The position numbers were made by a program, and so were the translations under genes. Below are positions 1 to 8,639 of a stretch of DNA of 64,000 bases, piece after piece; within the stretch, counting starts at the first letter, position 1, and each line of letters begins with the position of its first letter. Source of the DNA: an uncultured Clostridium sp. (GTDB lineage Bacteria; Bacillota; Clostridia; TANB77; CAG-508). A model generated the notes under the pieces. It saw only the letters and a program-made list of their open reading frames with translations, had not been told where the DNA came from and searched no databases. The stretch spans positions 14,570-78,569 of the forward strand of contig CAKNPW010000004.1 in assembly GCA_930990555.1 (NCBI GenBank), read 5' to 3'.

Positions 1-6
1 ATACGT

Positions 7-696
7 ATGAAAAAGTTTTTATTAATTTTGCTTTTTATTATATTACTAATTGTCGCTTCGCTTGGAATATATGGGTATTCTATATATAGCCAAGCAATAA
101 AAAAAGAGCCTTTAATTAGTAAAATAGAGCAAATTCAAAGTGATAAAAATTATGTGAAATATGAAGACTTACCACAGGATTATTTGAACGCTGTAGTCTC
201 TGTAGAAGATAGACGTTTTTATGACCATGGAGCAATAGATTTACGTTCAATAGCTAGAGCTATATATGTTAATGTTACAAATTTTGATTTACGTGAAGGT
301 GGTAGTACTATTACACAACAACTTGCTAAAAACATTTATTTTATAGATATGAACCCATTTCCTAGAAAACTTGCAGAAATATTTATGGCATTTGCTATCG
401 AAGATAATTATTCTAAAGAAGAAATTTTAGAATTATATGTAAATACATCTTATTTTGGTGATGGATATTATGGAATTAAAGAAGCTTGTAATGGCTATTT
501 AGATAAAGAACCTAGTGAAATGAACTTAAATGAATGTACCATGATGGCTGGAATTCCTAATGCTCCTTCAGTATATGCTCCAACCAAGAATCCAGATCTA
601 ACTAAAAGTAGACAAGAGCATGTATTAGAAACAATGGTTGTAAACGGATATATATCACAAGAAGAAGCAGATAAAATTATTAATGCTAATACATAA
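7..696 (+). CDS. Monofunctional peptidoglycan glycosyltransferase (GT51 family, membrane anchored)
   Basis: 229-aa ORF. N-terminal hydrophobic anchor. GT51 signature motifs EDRRFYDHGAID and GGSTITQQLAKN. No transpeptidase domain follows. Confidence 0.85.
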   Translation: MKKFLLILLFIILLIVASLGIYGYSIYSQAIKKEPLISKIEQIQSDKNYVKYEDLPQDYLNAVVSVEDRRFYDHGAIDLRSIARAIYVNVTNFDLREGGSTITQQLAKNIYFIDMNPFPRKLAEIFMAFAIEDNYSKEEILELYVNTSYFGDGYYGIKEACNGYLDKEPSEMNLNECTMMAGIPNAPSVYAPTKNPDLTKSRQEHVLETMVVNGYISQEEADKIINANT

Positions 697-701
697 AGCA
701 A

Positions 702-749
702 AACGCATCATAAGTTAGCTAAAAGCTTTTATGATGCGTTATTTTTATT
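702..749 (+). terminator. Rho-independent terminator after the glycosyltransferase gene
   Basis: 12-bp perfect stem AACGCATCATAA / TTATGATGCGTT (702-713 / 729-740) followed by ATTTTTATT. Confidence 0.6.
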
Positions 750-852
750 GCATAGAAAAAATCGTCAGATTTTTCTGAAGCAACAAGGTTAAGTTACCTA
801 TGGCCGTGCGATTGCGAAGCAATTTGCACATGTGACGAAGCCACTTTTCTTA

Positions 853-1707
853 TTATTTAAATTCTATAAATTTATATACTGCTTCTGCAAAACCGCCATT
901 TTGTGCAGTGGTAGTTGTTGTATAATTAGCAACTTCTTTTACTTCGTCATATGCATTTGCAACAGCAATACCAACTCCAGAATCTTTTATCATTTCTAAA
1001 TCATTTAAATTATCCCCTATCGCCAGCACTTCACTTTTATCTATTTTTAAATAATTTTCTAATACTTCAAGTGCTTGTTCTTTATTAATTCCTGCTGGCA
1101 TAATATCTAAATACTCATATTCTTTTCCTATAATTTCATCTCTATATTTATCAACTTTTCTTATTAAATTAACTTGTAAATTTTTATTTTTAGCAAACTC
1201 TTTTTTTAAACTTGCTAAATCTTTTTCTGCAGAAATTACTAGTTTTAATATTTCTGGATTTTCTTTTTCTACATATTCTTGTATATCTGTTACAATTTTA
1301 AATTCTAAATCTATATTTTTATCATTTTTAGTTAATTCAAAATTTCTTAAATCCATATATAATAGTTTTTCTGTTATTACTTCTTTATTAGTATATAAGT
1401 GTACATGTAACTTTAACTTTTTTGCTGTATTTATGCAAAAAAGCACATCTTCGTTTCTTAATAATTTTCTATAAATTTCTTCACCAGTTTCTAAGTTTAT
1501 TATCTGATTTCCATTTCCAAATATTCCATAGCCAGTACCTATATCTTCACATATATTTTTAAATAAGGAATATGTTTTTCCTGTACATATTGTAAAATTT
1601 ATATTTGAATTATTAATATCATTTATTGCTTTTAAGTTAGTTTCTGGTATTACATTTCCTTTTTCGAACATTGTTCCATCTAAATCACTTGCTATAAGTT
1701 TAATCAT
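853..1707 (-). CDS. Cof-type HAD-IIB family hydrolase (sugar-phosphate phosphatase-like)
   Basis: 284-aa ORF. HAD motif I SDLDGTMF at the N-terminus. GDNLNDLEM motif near the C-terminus. Cap-domain length typical of the Cof subfamily. Confidence 0.8.
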   Translation of the reverse strand: MIKLIASDLDGTMFEKGNVIPETNLKAINDINNSNINFTICTGKTYSLFKNICEDIGTGYGIFGNGNQIINLETGEEIYRKLLRNEDVLFCINTAKKLKLHVHLYTNKEVITEKLLYMDLRNFELTKNDKNIDLEFKIVTDIQEYVEKENPEILKLVISAEKDLASLKKEFAKNKNLQVNLIRKVDKYRDEIIGKEYEYLDIMPAGINKEQALEVLENYLKIDKSEVLAIGDNLNDLEMIKDSGVGIAVANAYDEVKEVANYTTTTTAQNGGFAEAVYKFIEFK

Positions 1708-1782
1708 TGCTACATCATCCCCATGTACTAAACTTTTTACATTATATCTAAAGACAAAAGTTTAGTAAAGCATATTCTTATT

Positions 1783-3220
1783 TTAAAAATATATATTATT
1801 TAACATATTATTTTTTAATATCCATAATTTTTTAGATAAATCTACGTAATATTTATGTGGATTTTCTATACGTTTAACTTCATCCCACATACTCTCTAAT
1901 TCTTTTTTAGAATATTTAGCAATTTCTTTTAGTTCTGGATTTTTATATATTAATTTTCCGTTCTTCAAATATTTTTTCTTGAAGTAGTCTTATGGAGTAA
2001 TCTTTTAATACCTTCTTTTTCCATGGATTTTGAGGATCAAAAATCATATACTCTCTTTCGTCTATAATTTCATCTGCTAATGTAATTACATCTGCTATTG
2101 CTTTTTTAGTTTCATTATCATAAAAACGATATACTTTTTTAAAGCTTGGGTTTGTAACCTTTGCAGTGTTTTCACTTACTTTAATTTTTGGTACTATTTT
2201 TTTATCTTTTTCTAATGCAACTAATTTGTATACGCCTCCAAAAACTGGCTCACTTTTAGCTGTAATTAAATTTTCCCCTACTCCAAATAAATCAATTTTA
2301 GCGTCTTGTTCTACTAATGATTTTATTAAATATTCATCAAGTGAATTTGTAGCACATATTTGGCAATCTTCATATCCTGCTTCATCTAATATTTTTCTAA
2401 CCTTTTTAGACAAATATGCTAAATCGCCACTATCTAGTCTAACTGCTTTTGGTCTATATCCTTTAGGTTTTAGAACTTCATTAAATACTTTAATTGCATT
2501 TGGAAGTCCAGATTCAATTGTATTGTATGTGTCTATTAAAAATGTACAATCATCTGGATATAGCTCTGCATATGCTTTAAAAGCTTCATATTCTGAGTCA
2601 AAACTTTGAATCCAGCTATGTGCCATTGTTCCACTTGCTGGTACATTGAATTCCTTTGCAGATAATGTACATGATGTTCCTACTGCTCCTCCTATGATTG
2701 CTGCTCTTGCACCTTCTACCGCTGCATTAATACCATGTGCTCTTCTTGCACCAAATTCCATAACAGGTCTTCCCTGTGCTTCTCTTACAATTCTACTTGT
2801 TTTTGTTGCAATCAAAGATTGATGATTAGTTGTAAGTAATAGCATTGTTTCTAATAATTGTGCTTGTATTATTGGTGCTTTTACTGTTATTAGTGGTTCA
2901 TTTGGAAATACTACTGTTCCCTCTGGTATTGCCCATATATCTCCTGTAAATCTAAAATTTTCTAGGTAATTTAAAAATTCTTCTGAAAATTTATTTTGTT
3001 TTCTTAGGTAGCTTATATCTTCTTCATCAAACGATAAATTTCTTATGTAATTAATTATTTGCTCTAGTCCAGCTACTATTGCATATCCACCTTCATCTGG
3101 TACTTTTCTGAAAAATACATCAAAATACGCTATTCTGTCTTCCATATTCTTGTTAAAATATCCATTTGCCATTGTGTACTCATAAAAGTCTGCTACTAAT
3201 TCTAATTTTTGATTATTCAT
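1783..3220 (-). pseudogene. pncB: Nicotinate phosphoribosyltransferase with an apparent 1-nt frameshift about 60 codons before the end (true pseudogene or assembly indel)
   Basis: The 425-aa ORF 1943..3220 has NAPRTase features (GTMAHSWIQSF) and ends ...LLQEKIFEERKINI*. The 61-aa ORF 1783..1968, in another frame (KNGKLIYKNPELKEIAKYSKKELESMWDEVKRIENPHKYYVDLS), reads like the normal NAPRTase C-terminus. 425+61 aa equals a full-length enzyme. The junction lies in GAAAAAATATTTGAAGAACGG near 1950-1970. Confidence 0.75.
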
Positions 3221-3244
3221 ACCAATTCCTCCTATTTTTGGTAC

Positions 3245-3265
3245 TTATTAACTTTTTGATAATAA
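3245..3265. promoter_or_regulatory. Candidate NrtR operator 1 (TTATTAACTTTTTGATAATAA), immediately downstream of the pncB -10 box
   Basis: Imperfect palindrome of the TTATYA-N-TGATAA type. The same box recurs at 3313-3331 and, as its reverse complement, at 7274-7293. Confidence 0.5.
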
Positions 3266-3266
3266 C

Positions 3267-3295
3267 ATTATATGTATATCATTTCCTTTTGTCAA
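3267..3295 (-). promoter_or_regulatory. pncB promoter (TTGACA-17 nt-TATAAT on the minus strand)
   Basis: Consensus -35 at 3290-3295 and consensus -10 at 3267-3272 with a 17-nt spacer, read directly from the sequence. Confidence 0.6.
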
Positions 3296-3312
3296 TAGAT
3301 TTCGCGAATAAA

Positions 3313-3331
3313 TATTATCTTTTTGATAATA
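3313..3331. promoter_or_regulatory. Candidate NrtR operator 2 (perfect palindrome TATTATC-TTTTT-GATAATA), upstream of the pncB -35
   Basis: 7-bp perfect inverted arms separated by 5 nt. Related to the boxes at 3245 and 7274. Confidence 0.5.
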
Positions 3332-3441
3332 AGTAGTTTAAGGACTTTTTACTTCTTTAATTTTTCCCATTTTTTAGCTGATTTAAACTAATAAATTACT
3401 GGCTGCTCCTACCTATATTTTGGTATTTTTAAGACAAGTAA

Positions 3442-3470
3442 AGAGGGAGTCAGCAATGCTAACTCCCTCT
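3442..3470 (-). terminator. Terminator downstream of the NrtR-like gene
   Basis: 9-bp GC-rich stem AGAGGGAGT / ACTCCCTCT just past the stop codon at 3491. A short T stretch follows on the minus strand. Confidence 0.5.
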
Positions 3471-3490
3471 CCCCGTCTAAAAATCTTATA

Positions 3491-4366
3491 TTAAAATATA
3501 TGTGGCTGCCAATTTTTATTAAAGCAATATAATTTTGAAGGTCTATGTCCTGCATTTTCTTCATATTCATCTGTTTCTATAACCATATCTGCAATCTTCC
3601 TTCTAAAATTAGCTTTTAATAATGGCTTGTCTAACAATATTTCATATACCTGTTGTAACTTAGTTAATGTAAATTTTTCTGGCATTAAGTTAAATGCAAT
3701 TGTTGTATATTCAACTTTATTCTTTAATCTTTCAATTGCATAAATAAGCATTTTGGCATGGTCAAAAGCAAGTTCAGATTCTAATATTTGTGTATATATA
3801 ATTTGGTTTCCATCAACTAATTCTTTAACTACTTTTACTTTATTTTTTACAGTTTCTGTCTTGCTTTCTAATAAGATTTCTATCTCTTCTTCTTTTTTAT
3901 ATCCATGTTTATTTTCTGTCATTTTCTCTTTAAGAGAATTTAATGTAACAGTAAACCAATTTGCATCTTGTGTACTTCCTCCAGATTTAATGCAAACTTT
4001 TTCACTATCTACAAGCCCCATATATGATGTACTAATTATTCTAGTTCTTGGATCACGATTTGGGTCTCCCCATGAATATAATTGTTCTAAATATATATCT
4101 TGCATATTTGTTTTAGCCTTTAAACTTCTTTGTACAGCTTCCTCAAATCTTTCTTCTTTTCTTACAAATGTTCCAGGCAATGACCATTTACCCATATATG
4201 GATGTTCTGCCCTTTTAACTAATAAGACTTGTAATTTCTTTTCTGGTAATTTTCTATAATTATCTGTTTCTACATCACGTATTGTAAATATTATAGAATC
4301 AACAGTTACAGATGGTTTAAAAAATTGATTTGAATCATAATTTTTTAAAAATTCTTCCTCTGTCAT
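3491..4366 (-). CDS. NrtR-like transcriptional regulator (Nudix domain plus C-terminal winged-helix-like domain)
   Basis: 291-aa ORF. N-terminal Nudix fold region with a degenerate Nudix box (GTFVRKEERFEEAVQRSLKAKT; the REx2EE glutamates are not conserved). About 100-aa C-terminal extension. Sits between pncB and nadD-nadE. Assigned from the known NrtR architecture and NAD-gene context. Confidence 0.65.
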   Translation of the reverse strand: MTEEEFLKNYDSNQFFKPSVTVDSIIFTIRDVETDNYRKLPEKKLQVLLVKRAEHPYMGKWSLPGTFVRKEERFEEAVQRSLKAKTNMQDIYLEQLYSWGDPNRDPRTRIISTSYMGLVDSEKVCIKSGGSTQDANWFTVTLNSLKEKMTENKHGYKKEEEIEILLESKTETVKNKVKVVKELVDGNQIIYTQILESELAFDHAKMLIYAIERLKNKVEYTTIAFNLMPEKFTLTKLQQVYEILLDKPLLKANFRRKIADMVIETDEYEENAGHRPSKLYCFNKNWQPHIF

Positions 4367-4396
4367 TTATATCTCTCCTTATCTCTTAATATCATT

Positions 4397-4425
4397 ATAA
4401 TACTATGATAGGTTGTTTTTGTCAA
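4397..4425 (-). promoter_or_regulatory. Promoter of the NrtR-like gene (TTGACA-17-TATTAT)
   Basis: -35 TTGACA at 4420-4425, -10 TATTAT at 4397-4402. Overlaps a palindrome TATCAT-N9-ATGATA that may be a divergent autoregulatory site. Confidence 0.45.
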
Positions 4426-4426
4426 T

Positions 4427-4523
4427 CGGGACTTTGAGATGTTCGGGATTTTTGGCATCCCTCAGGAATTTTGGGACATTCCTTTTTTCCCTTTTAGGGA
4501 TTTGGGGACGTTCTTTAAATCCC
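4427..4523. repeat. Type-A GC-rich nested-palindrome element, about 3 tandem degenerate units
   Basis: CGGGACTTTGAGATGTTCGGGATTTTTGGCATCCC...GGGATTTGGGGACGTTCTTTAAATCCC. Same family as 7451-7512, 10317-10344, 11432-11460 and 62345-62372. Confidence 0.7.
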
Positions 4524-4537
4524 TACAAAAAGAGAAC

Positions 4538-4563
4538 GGAGCATGCTTTATTTAGCATGCTCC
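4538..4563 (-). terminator. Terminator of the nadD-nadE-permease operon
   Basis: 10-bp perfect stem GGAGCATGCT / AGCATGCTCC with a 6-nt loop. The minus strand continues GTTCTCTTTTT. Confidence 0.55.
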
Positions 4564-4726
4564 TAAAAAAATAGCTACTATTGATATCGCTGTCCACACA
4601 TATGACAACACGTATCTTATATTAAAGTTTATACTTGCAAAGCCCATCCGTATTTTTTTATATCTCCTACCTCTCTTTTCTTTTTTTCTAAATTACATTA
4701 AACTCCTTTTATTGATTTAAGTCAAT

Positions 4727-5812
4727 CTAGGTGCTACTTTCAAGCTTCATATCTCCGTCTTTTATCAAACCCTTTTTTCTCATAACATAACTTGTAACCC
4801 AAGCTATAACACCAGGTAATATAAAATGTAGTAATATAATTTTTATTATTAATACCACTCCATTTTCACTTCCACTCATATCTTGCCAGGTCATTAGTTG
4901 ACCAACCAAACCTGCTGTTCCCATTCCTGCTCCAGAAGCATTATTTGTCATATGTAATACCACAGTCGAAATTGGTCCTAAAATTGCACTGGCAATAATC
5001 GCAGGAAGCCAGATAATTGGCTTTTTCATAATATTTGGAACTTGCAACATTGATGTTCCCAATCCTTGCGAAATAAGTCCAGAAATTCCATTTTCTTTAA
5101 AGCTTGCAACTGCAAATCCAACCATATTAGCACAGCAACCAACTGTAGCTGCTCCACCTGCTAATCCACTTAAATTTAATATGATAGCCAGTGCTGCAGA
5201 ACTTATTGGTAGAGTTAATATCATTCCCATCAGAACAGATACTAATATTCCCATTATAACTGGTTGTTTATCCACTGCCCAATTAATAAGTTCTCCTAAT
5301 GCTAGCATAAAATTTGAAATTGGAGGACCCACTAATAATCCAACAGCTCCACCTATCATTATTGTAAAAATAGGAACTAAAATAATATCCAATTTAGTTT
5401 TACCTTGTATCCATCTACCACAAATAATTCCTATAAAACTTGCTATAAATGCTCCAAGTGGCTCTCCAGGTCCATTTAAAATAATAGTTCCATCTACTAA
5501 GACAGAACCTTGTAATATCTTACTTGCAAAAGCACCTATTAACCCTGCAATTGCTGCAGAGATTGTAACAAAAGGTGTTTCCTTATATTTTACTGCTACT
5601 CCAACTCCAATACCTGCACCAGTTAAGCTTGCAGCTATTTTTCCAATTACTACAATTAAATTTCCTATATTTCCACCAATTAATTTTCCTAGTTGCTCTA
5701 TTATCAAACCAATAATTAAGGTAGAAAATAAGCCCCAAGCCATTCCTGTTAATCCATCTATAAACACATATGAAAAAACTTTTTTTATTTTGGTTTTAAT
5801 ATCATCCTTCAT
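4727..5812 (-). CDS. Polytopic membrane protein, PTS-EIIC-like permease fold (stand-alone EIIC_2-type; assignment from memory, unverified)
   Basis: 361-aa ORF, about 10 predicted hydrophobic helices, Gly/Ala-rich. The start codon lies 16 nt downstream of the nadE stop, so it is probably co-transcribed with nadD-nadE. Confidence 0.5.
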   Translation of the reverse strand: MKDDIKTKIKKVFSYVFIDGLTGMAWGLFSTLIIGLIIEQLGKLIGGNIGNLIVVIGKIAASLTGAGIGVGVAVKYKETPFVTISAAIAGLIGAFASKILQGSVLVDGTIILNGPGEPLGAFIASFIGIICGRWIQGKTKLDIILVPIFTIMIGGAVGLLVGPPISNFMLALGELINWAVDKQPVIMGILVSVLMGMILTLPISSAALAIILNLSGLAGGAATVGCCANMVGFAVASFKENGISGLISQGLGTSMLQVPNIMKKPIIWLPAIIASAILGPISTVVLHMTNNASGAGMGTAGLVGQLMTWQDMSGSENGVVLIIKIILLHFILPGVIAWVTSYVMRKKGLIKDGDMKLESST

Positions 5813-5827
5813 AAAAATCTCCCCTTA

Positions 5828-6595
5828 TTATTTCAATTCATTCAAATAATTTTTTCTTTCAAAATCATATGTTGGGATTTTTTCTCTTTTATGTTTAGAA
5901 TTCATATATCGTTTTTCTATTTTTTTCATTTTCTCTTCATTCGTTTTTCCTGTTTCTACATATTCTGCAACTTCCTTATATGTTATTCCCATTTTTTCTT
6001 CGTCATTTTTATCGCTTAATCCATCACTTGGTGCCTTTTTTATAATTTTTTCAGGTACTCCTAATATTTCTCCTATCTTTAAAACCTCATCAACTGTAAA
6101 ATTTGCAATCGGATTAAAATCACTTGCACCATCTCCCCATTTTGTTGTATATCCAACCATTGCTTCACACAAATTTCCTGTTCCCATAACTAGATAATTA
6201 TAATTTTGTGCAATCGCATATAGTGTAGTCATTCTAAGTCTTGGTTTAATATTTATTTTTGCTTCTTCTGCCAATTCTTCACCTATTTTTGTATTTAGCT
6301 CTTTTTCTAATTTTTCATATGTATCTGTTAAATTAATTTCTAAAATTTTTACACCAAAATTTTGTGCAACTAGTTTTGCATCTTCTAAATCTCTTTCTTT
6401 TGACTGACATGGCATTCCAACAGTTAAAACTTTTTCTGTCCCTAGTGCAAGGCTTGCAAGTGCTATAACTGTAGCACTATCTTTACCTCCACTATTTCCA
6501 ATTACCACTCCTTTGGCTCCTACTTTATTTACATAGTCCTGTATCCACAAAACTATTTTATCTATGTGTTCCCTTAATTCCATTTCACTTAACAT
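5828..6595 (-). CDS. nadE: NH3-dependent NAD+ synthetase
   Basis: SGGKDS PP-loop motif (GNSGGKDSATV), length typical of single-domain NadE. Start moved to MLSEMELREH (6595), which has AAGGAGG 7 nt upstream. The longer track ORF (to 6646) would translate the type-B repeat. Confidence 0.85.
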   Translation of the reverse strand: MLSEMELREHIDKIVLWIQDYVNKVGAKGVVIGNSGGKDSATVIALASLALGTEKVLTVGMPCQSKERDLEDAKLVAQNFGVKILEINLTDTYEKLEKELNTKIGEELAEEAKINIKPRLRMTTLYAIAQNYNYLVMGTGNLCEAMVGYTTKWGDGASDFNPIANFTVDEVLKIGEILGVPEKIIKKAPSDGLSDKNDEEKMGITYKEVAEYVETGKTNEEKMKKIEKRYMNSKHKREKIPTYDFERKNYLNELK

Positions 6596-6611
6596 ATATC
6601 TTCCTCCTTTA

Positions 6612-6642
6612 TTTTGAACTTTTAGCACCGTTCCTAAAGTTC
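6612..6642. repeat. Type-B hairpin element (TTTTGAACTTTTAGCACCGTTCCTAAAGTTC) between nadD and nadE
   Basis: Stem GAACTTT / AAAGTTC around a GC-rich loop. Near-identical copy at 10370-10404. Confidence 0.65.
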
Positions 6643-7251
6643 TCATTTAAATAAATTATTTACTTTTATATATGAATATACTTCATCTGGTGTAAAGTAA
6701 CGTATACTTTTTCCTTCTTTAATCTTTTCTCTTACAAATGATGAACTTAAGCCACTTCTAACATTATTTTTTACTTTTATAAATGATTTTTCATTTTCTT
6801 TTAAAAATCTATCATTATTTATTATATCTTCTAAGCAATCTTCATCTCTTTCTAACACTAGTACTTTAAATTTTTTTACTAATTCATCCGCTTTTTCCCA
6901 AGTATTTAATTCTCTTAAATTGTCACTTCCTGTTGTAAACCAAATCGTTTTGTTAGGATACATCTTTTGAATTTCTTCTAAAGTTTCTATAGTATATAAT
7001 TGTCTTTTGTTTCTTAATTCTATATCTGATACTTCGAATTTATCGTTTTTATCACAAACGCATTTTAGCATTTCATACCTATATTTATTTTCTAGCAAAT
7101 CTTTCTTTTGATATTTTTGATTTACTGGTACAAAAATTATCTTTTCTACATTTTCGTATTCAGATACAATTTGTTCTGCTAATGAAAAATGTGAATTTAG
7201 TGGTGGATTAAAAGATCCTCCAAACACTACTATTATCTTATCATTTTCCAT
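6643..7251 (-). CDS. nadD: Nicotinate-nucleotide adenylyltransferase
   Basis: 202-aa ORF. N-terminal GGSFNPPLNSH nucleotidyltransferase motif. Directly upstream of nadE. Confidence 0.85.
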   Translation of the reverse strand: MENDKIIVVFGGSFNPPLNSHFSLAEQIVSEYENVEKIIFVPVNQKYQKKDLLENKYRYEMLKCVCDKNDKFEVSDIELRNKRQLYTIETLEEIQKMYPNKTIWFTTGSDNLRELNTWEKADELVKKFKVLVLERDEDCLEDIINNDRFLKENEKSFIKVKNNVRSGLSSSFVREKIKEGKSIRYFTPDEVYSYIKVNNLFK

Positions 7252-7273
7252 AGGCTCTCTCTCCTTTATTTGA

Positions 7274-7293
7274 TATTATCAAAAAGTTAATAA
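7274..7293. promoter_or_regulatory. Candidate NrtR operator 3, in the nadD leader
   Basis: TATTATCAAAAAGTTAATAA is the reverse complement of the box at 3245-3265. It lies about 15 nt downstream of the nadD -10. Confidence 0.5.
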
Positions 7294-7308
7294 GTTGCAT
7301 TTGTTATT

Positions 7309-7337
7309 ATTGTATTGATACTATGTCTTTTTGTCAA
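7309..7337 (-). promoter_or_regulatory. nadD operon promoter (TTGACA-17-TACAAT)
   Basis: -35 at 7332-7337, -10 at 7309-7314, 17-nt spacer. Confidence 0.55.
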
Positions 7338-7450
7338 CCTTTTATTATTATTTTTAAATAATATTTTTTTATTCATTAAATAAATCACTTTTAACGCAAA
7401 AAACTGTAGAAGTTTTTTTCTCTTCTACAGTTTATATTTACAAGCAAAAA

Positions 7451-7512
7451 GGGATTTTGAGGAACGTCCCCAAATCCCTGTGGGACGTCCCAAATCCCGA
7501 GGAACATTCCCG
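7451..7512. repeat. Type-A GC-rich nested-palindrome element, 2 units, downstream of the MscS gene
   Basis: GGGATTTTGAGGAACGTCCCCAAATCCC TGTGGGACGTCCCAAATCCCGAGGAACATTCCCG. Confidence 0.7.
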
Positions 7513-7520
7513 AAAAAAAT

Positions 7521-8618
7521 CTAATTTATTTTTTTAATTTCTTCTTTTACTTTATTACCATCTTTTACTAATACCGTACTTGTTGGATATGCTAAATCCA
7601 CACCTTCTTTTTCTAGTATTTCTAATATATTTTTATTAATGTGTTCTTTAGCATTTAAATAACTGCCATAATCAACAGAATTTGTAAAAACATATATCAT
7701 TATAGAAACACCATCTGGATCTATTTCGTCAAATTTTACATATGTATCATCATTTATTACATTTGGATGATTTATAAGCATAAAATATATTTTACTAGTA
7801 ATTCTTTGTATTACATCTACTGGTGTATCTAATGGAAGTTTTAAATCCAATTTATATTTTCTTTTTTCCATCTTACTCCAGTTTATAACAGCTTCATTTG
7901 ATAATACTCCATTTGGTATATTTACTAACGAATTATCAAATGTTCTTATCCCAGTACTTCTAAAAGATATATCTTCTACTATACCTTCGTAATTTGGTGT
8001 TTGTACCCAATCACCTATAACAAATGGTTTATCTATTAATATCATAACTCCACCAAATAAGTTCTTAGCTGTATCTTGTGCTGCTAATGTAAGTACAACA
8101 CTTCCTATTCCTAAACCAGCAAGTATTGTATTTAAGTTAATTCCTAATAATGCAATAACTGCTAAAACTGCAATTATATATATAACACATCTTATAATTT
8201 TATATATAAAATTTATTCTATTATCATCAGCATCTGTCATAAATTTTCTTTGTAATTTTCTCATTGTTTTCGAATCTGTTGTAAAACAGGCTGCTAATGC
8301 TTTTGCAAATAAAATTACGCAAATAATCTTAAATGTTAATTCGATTATATCCATTGCCTTTCCTTGTATTTGCAAAACTCTTGTTGCTAAAAATATTCCT
8401 AAAACTATAAAAAATATTTTTAGTGACTTATAAAAAGGCATTTTCTTTATTCGTTCTTTATCGGTTTTCTTTCTTTTAAAAATTCTTATTAAAATATAAG
8501 ATAAACCCGAACTAAATATATAGAAAAATATTATAATTGCAATGGCTATTAAAATATCTATTACTTGTTTTAAATCAATTGTTTTAAAATAATTAATTAC
8601 ATCCATTAGTTTATCCAT
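7521..8618 (-). CDS. Mechanosensitive ion channel, MscS family
   Basis: 365-aa ORF. Several N-terminal TM helices. Conserved MscS core IGDWVQTPNYEGIVEDISFRSTGIRTFDNSLVNIPN. Confidence 0.85.
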   Translation of the reverse strand: MDKLMDVINYFKTIDLKQVIDILIAIAIIIFFYIFSSGLSYILIRIFKRKKTDKERIKKMPFYKSLKIFFIVLGIFLATRVLQIQGKAMDIIELTFKIICVILFAKALAACFTTDSKTMRKLQRKFMTDADDNRINFIYKIIRCVIYIIAVLAVIALLGINLNTILAGLGIGSVVLTLAAQDTAKNLFGGVMILIDKPFVIGDWVQTPNYEGIVEDISFRSTGIRTFDNSLVNIPNGVLSNEAVINWSKMEKRKYKLDLKLPLDTPVDVIQRITSKIYFMLINHPNVINDDTYVKFDEIDPDGVSIMIYVFTNSVDYGSYLNAKEHINKNILEILEKEGVDLAYPTSTVLVKDGNKVKEEIKKIN

Positions 8619-8639
8619 AGGCTATTCTCCCTTGTTTAA

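Noticed and set aside
755-850. GC-richer patch with small hairpins between the glycosyltransferase terminator and the HAD hydrolase stop.
   Set aside because: The hairpins (AGAAAAATC/GATTTTTCT and GTGCGATTGC/GCAATTTGCAC) are short or bulged and lack U-tracts. There is not enough structure to call an RNA gene or a terminator.
4570-4668. 32-codon hydrophobic ORF (MGFASINFNIRYVLSYVWTAISIVAIFLGAC) between the permease gene and its terminator.
   Set aside because: The nearest GGAG lies 16 nt from the ATG, which is too far. There is no other support and it is probably a chance ORF.
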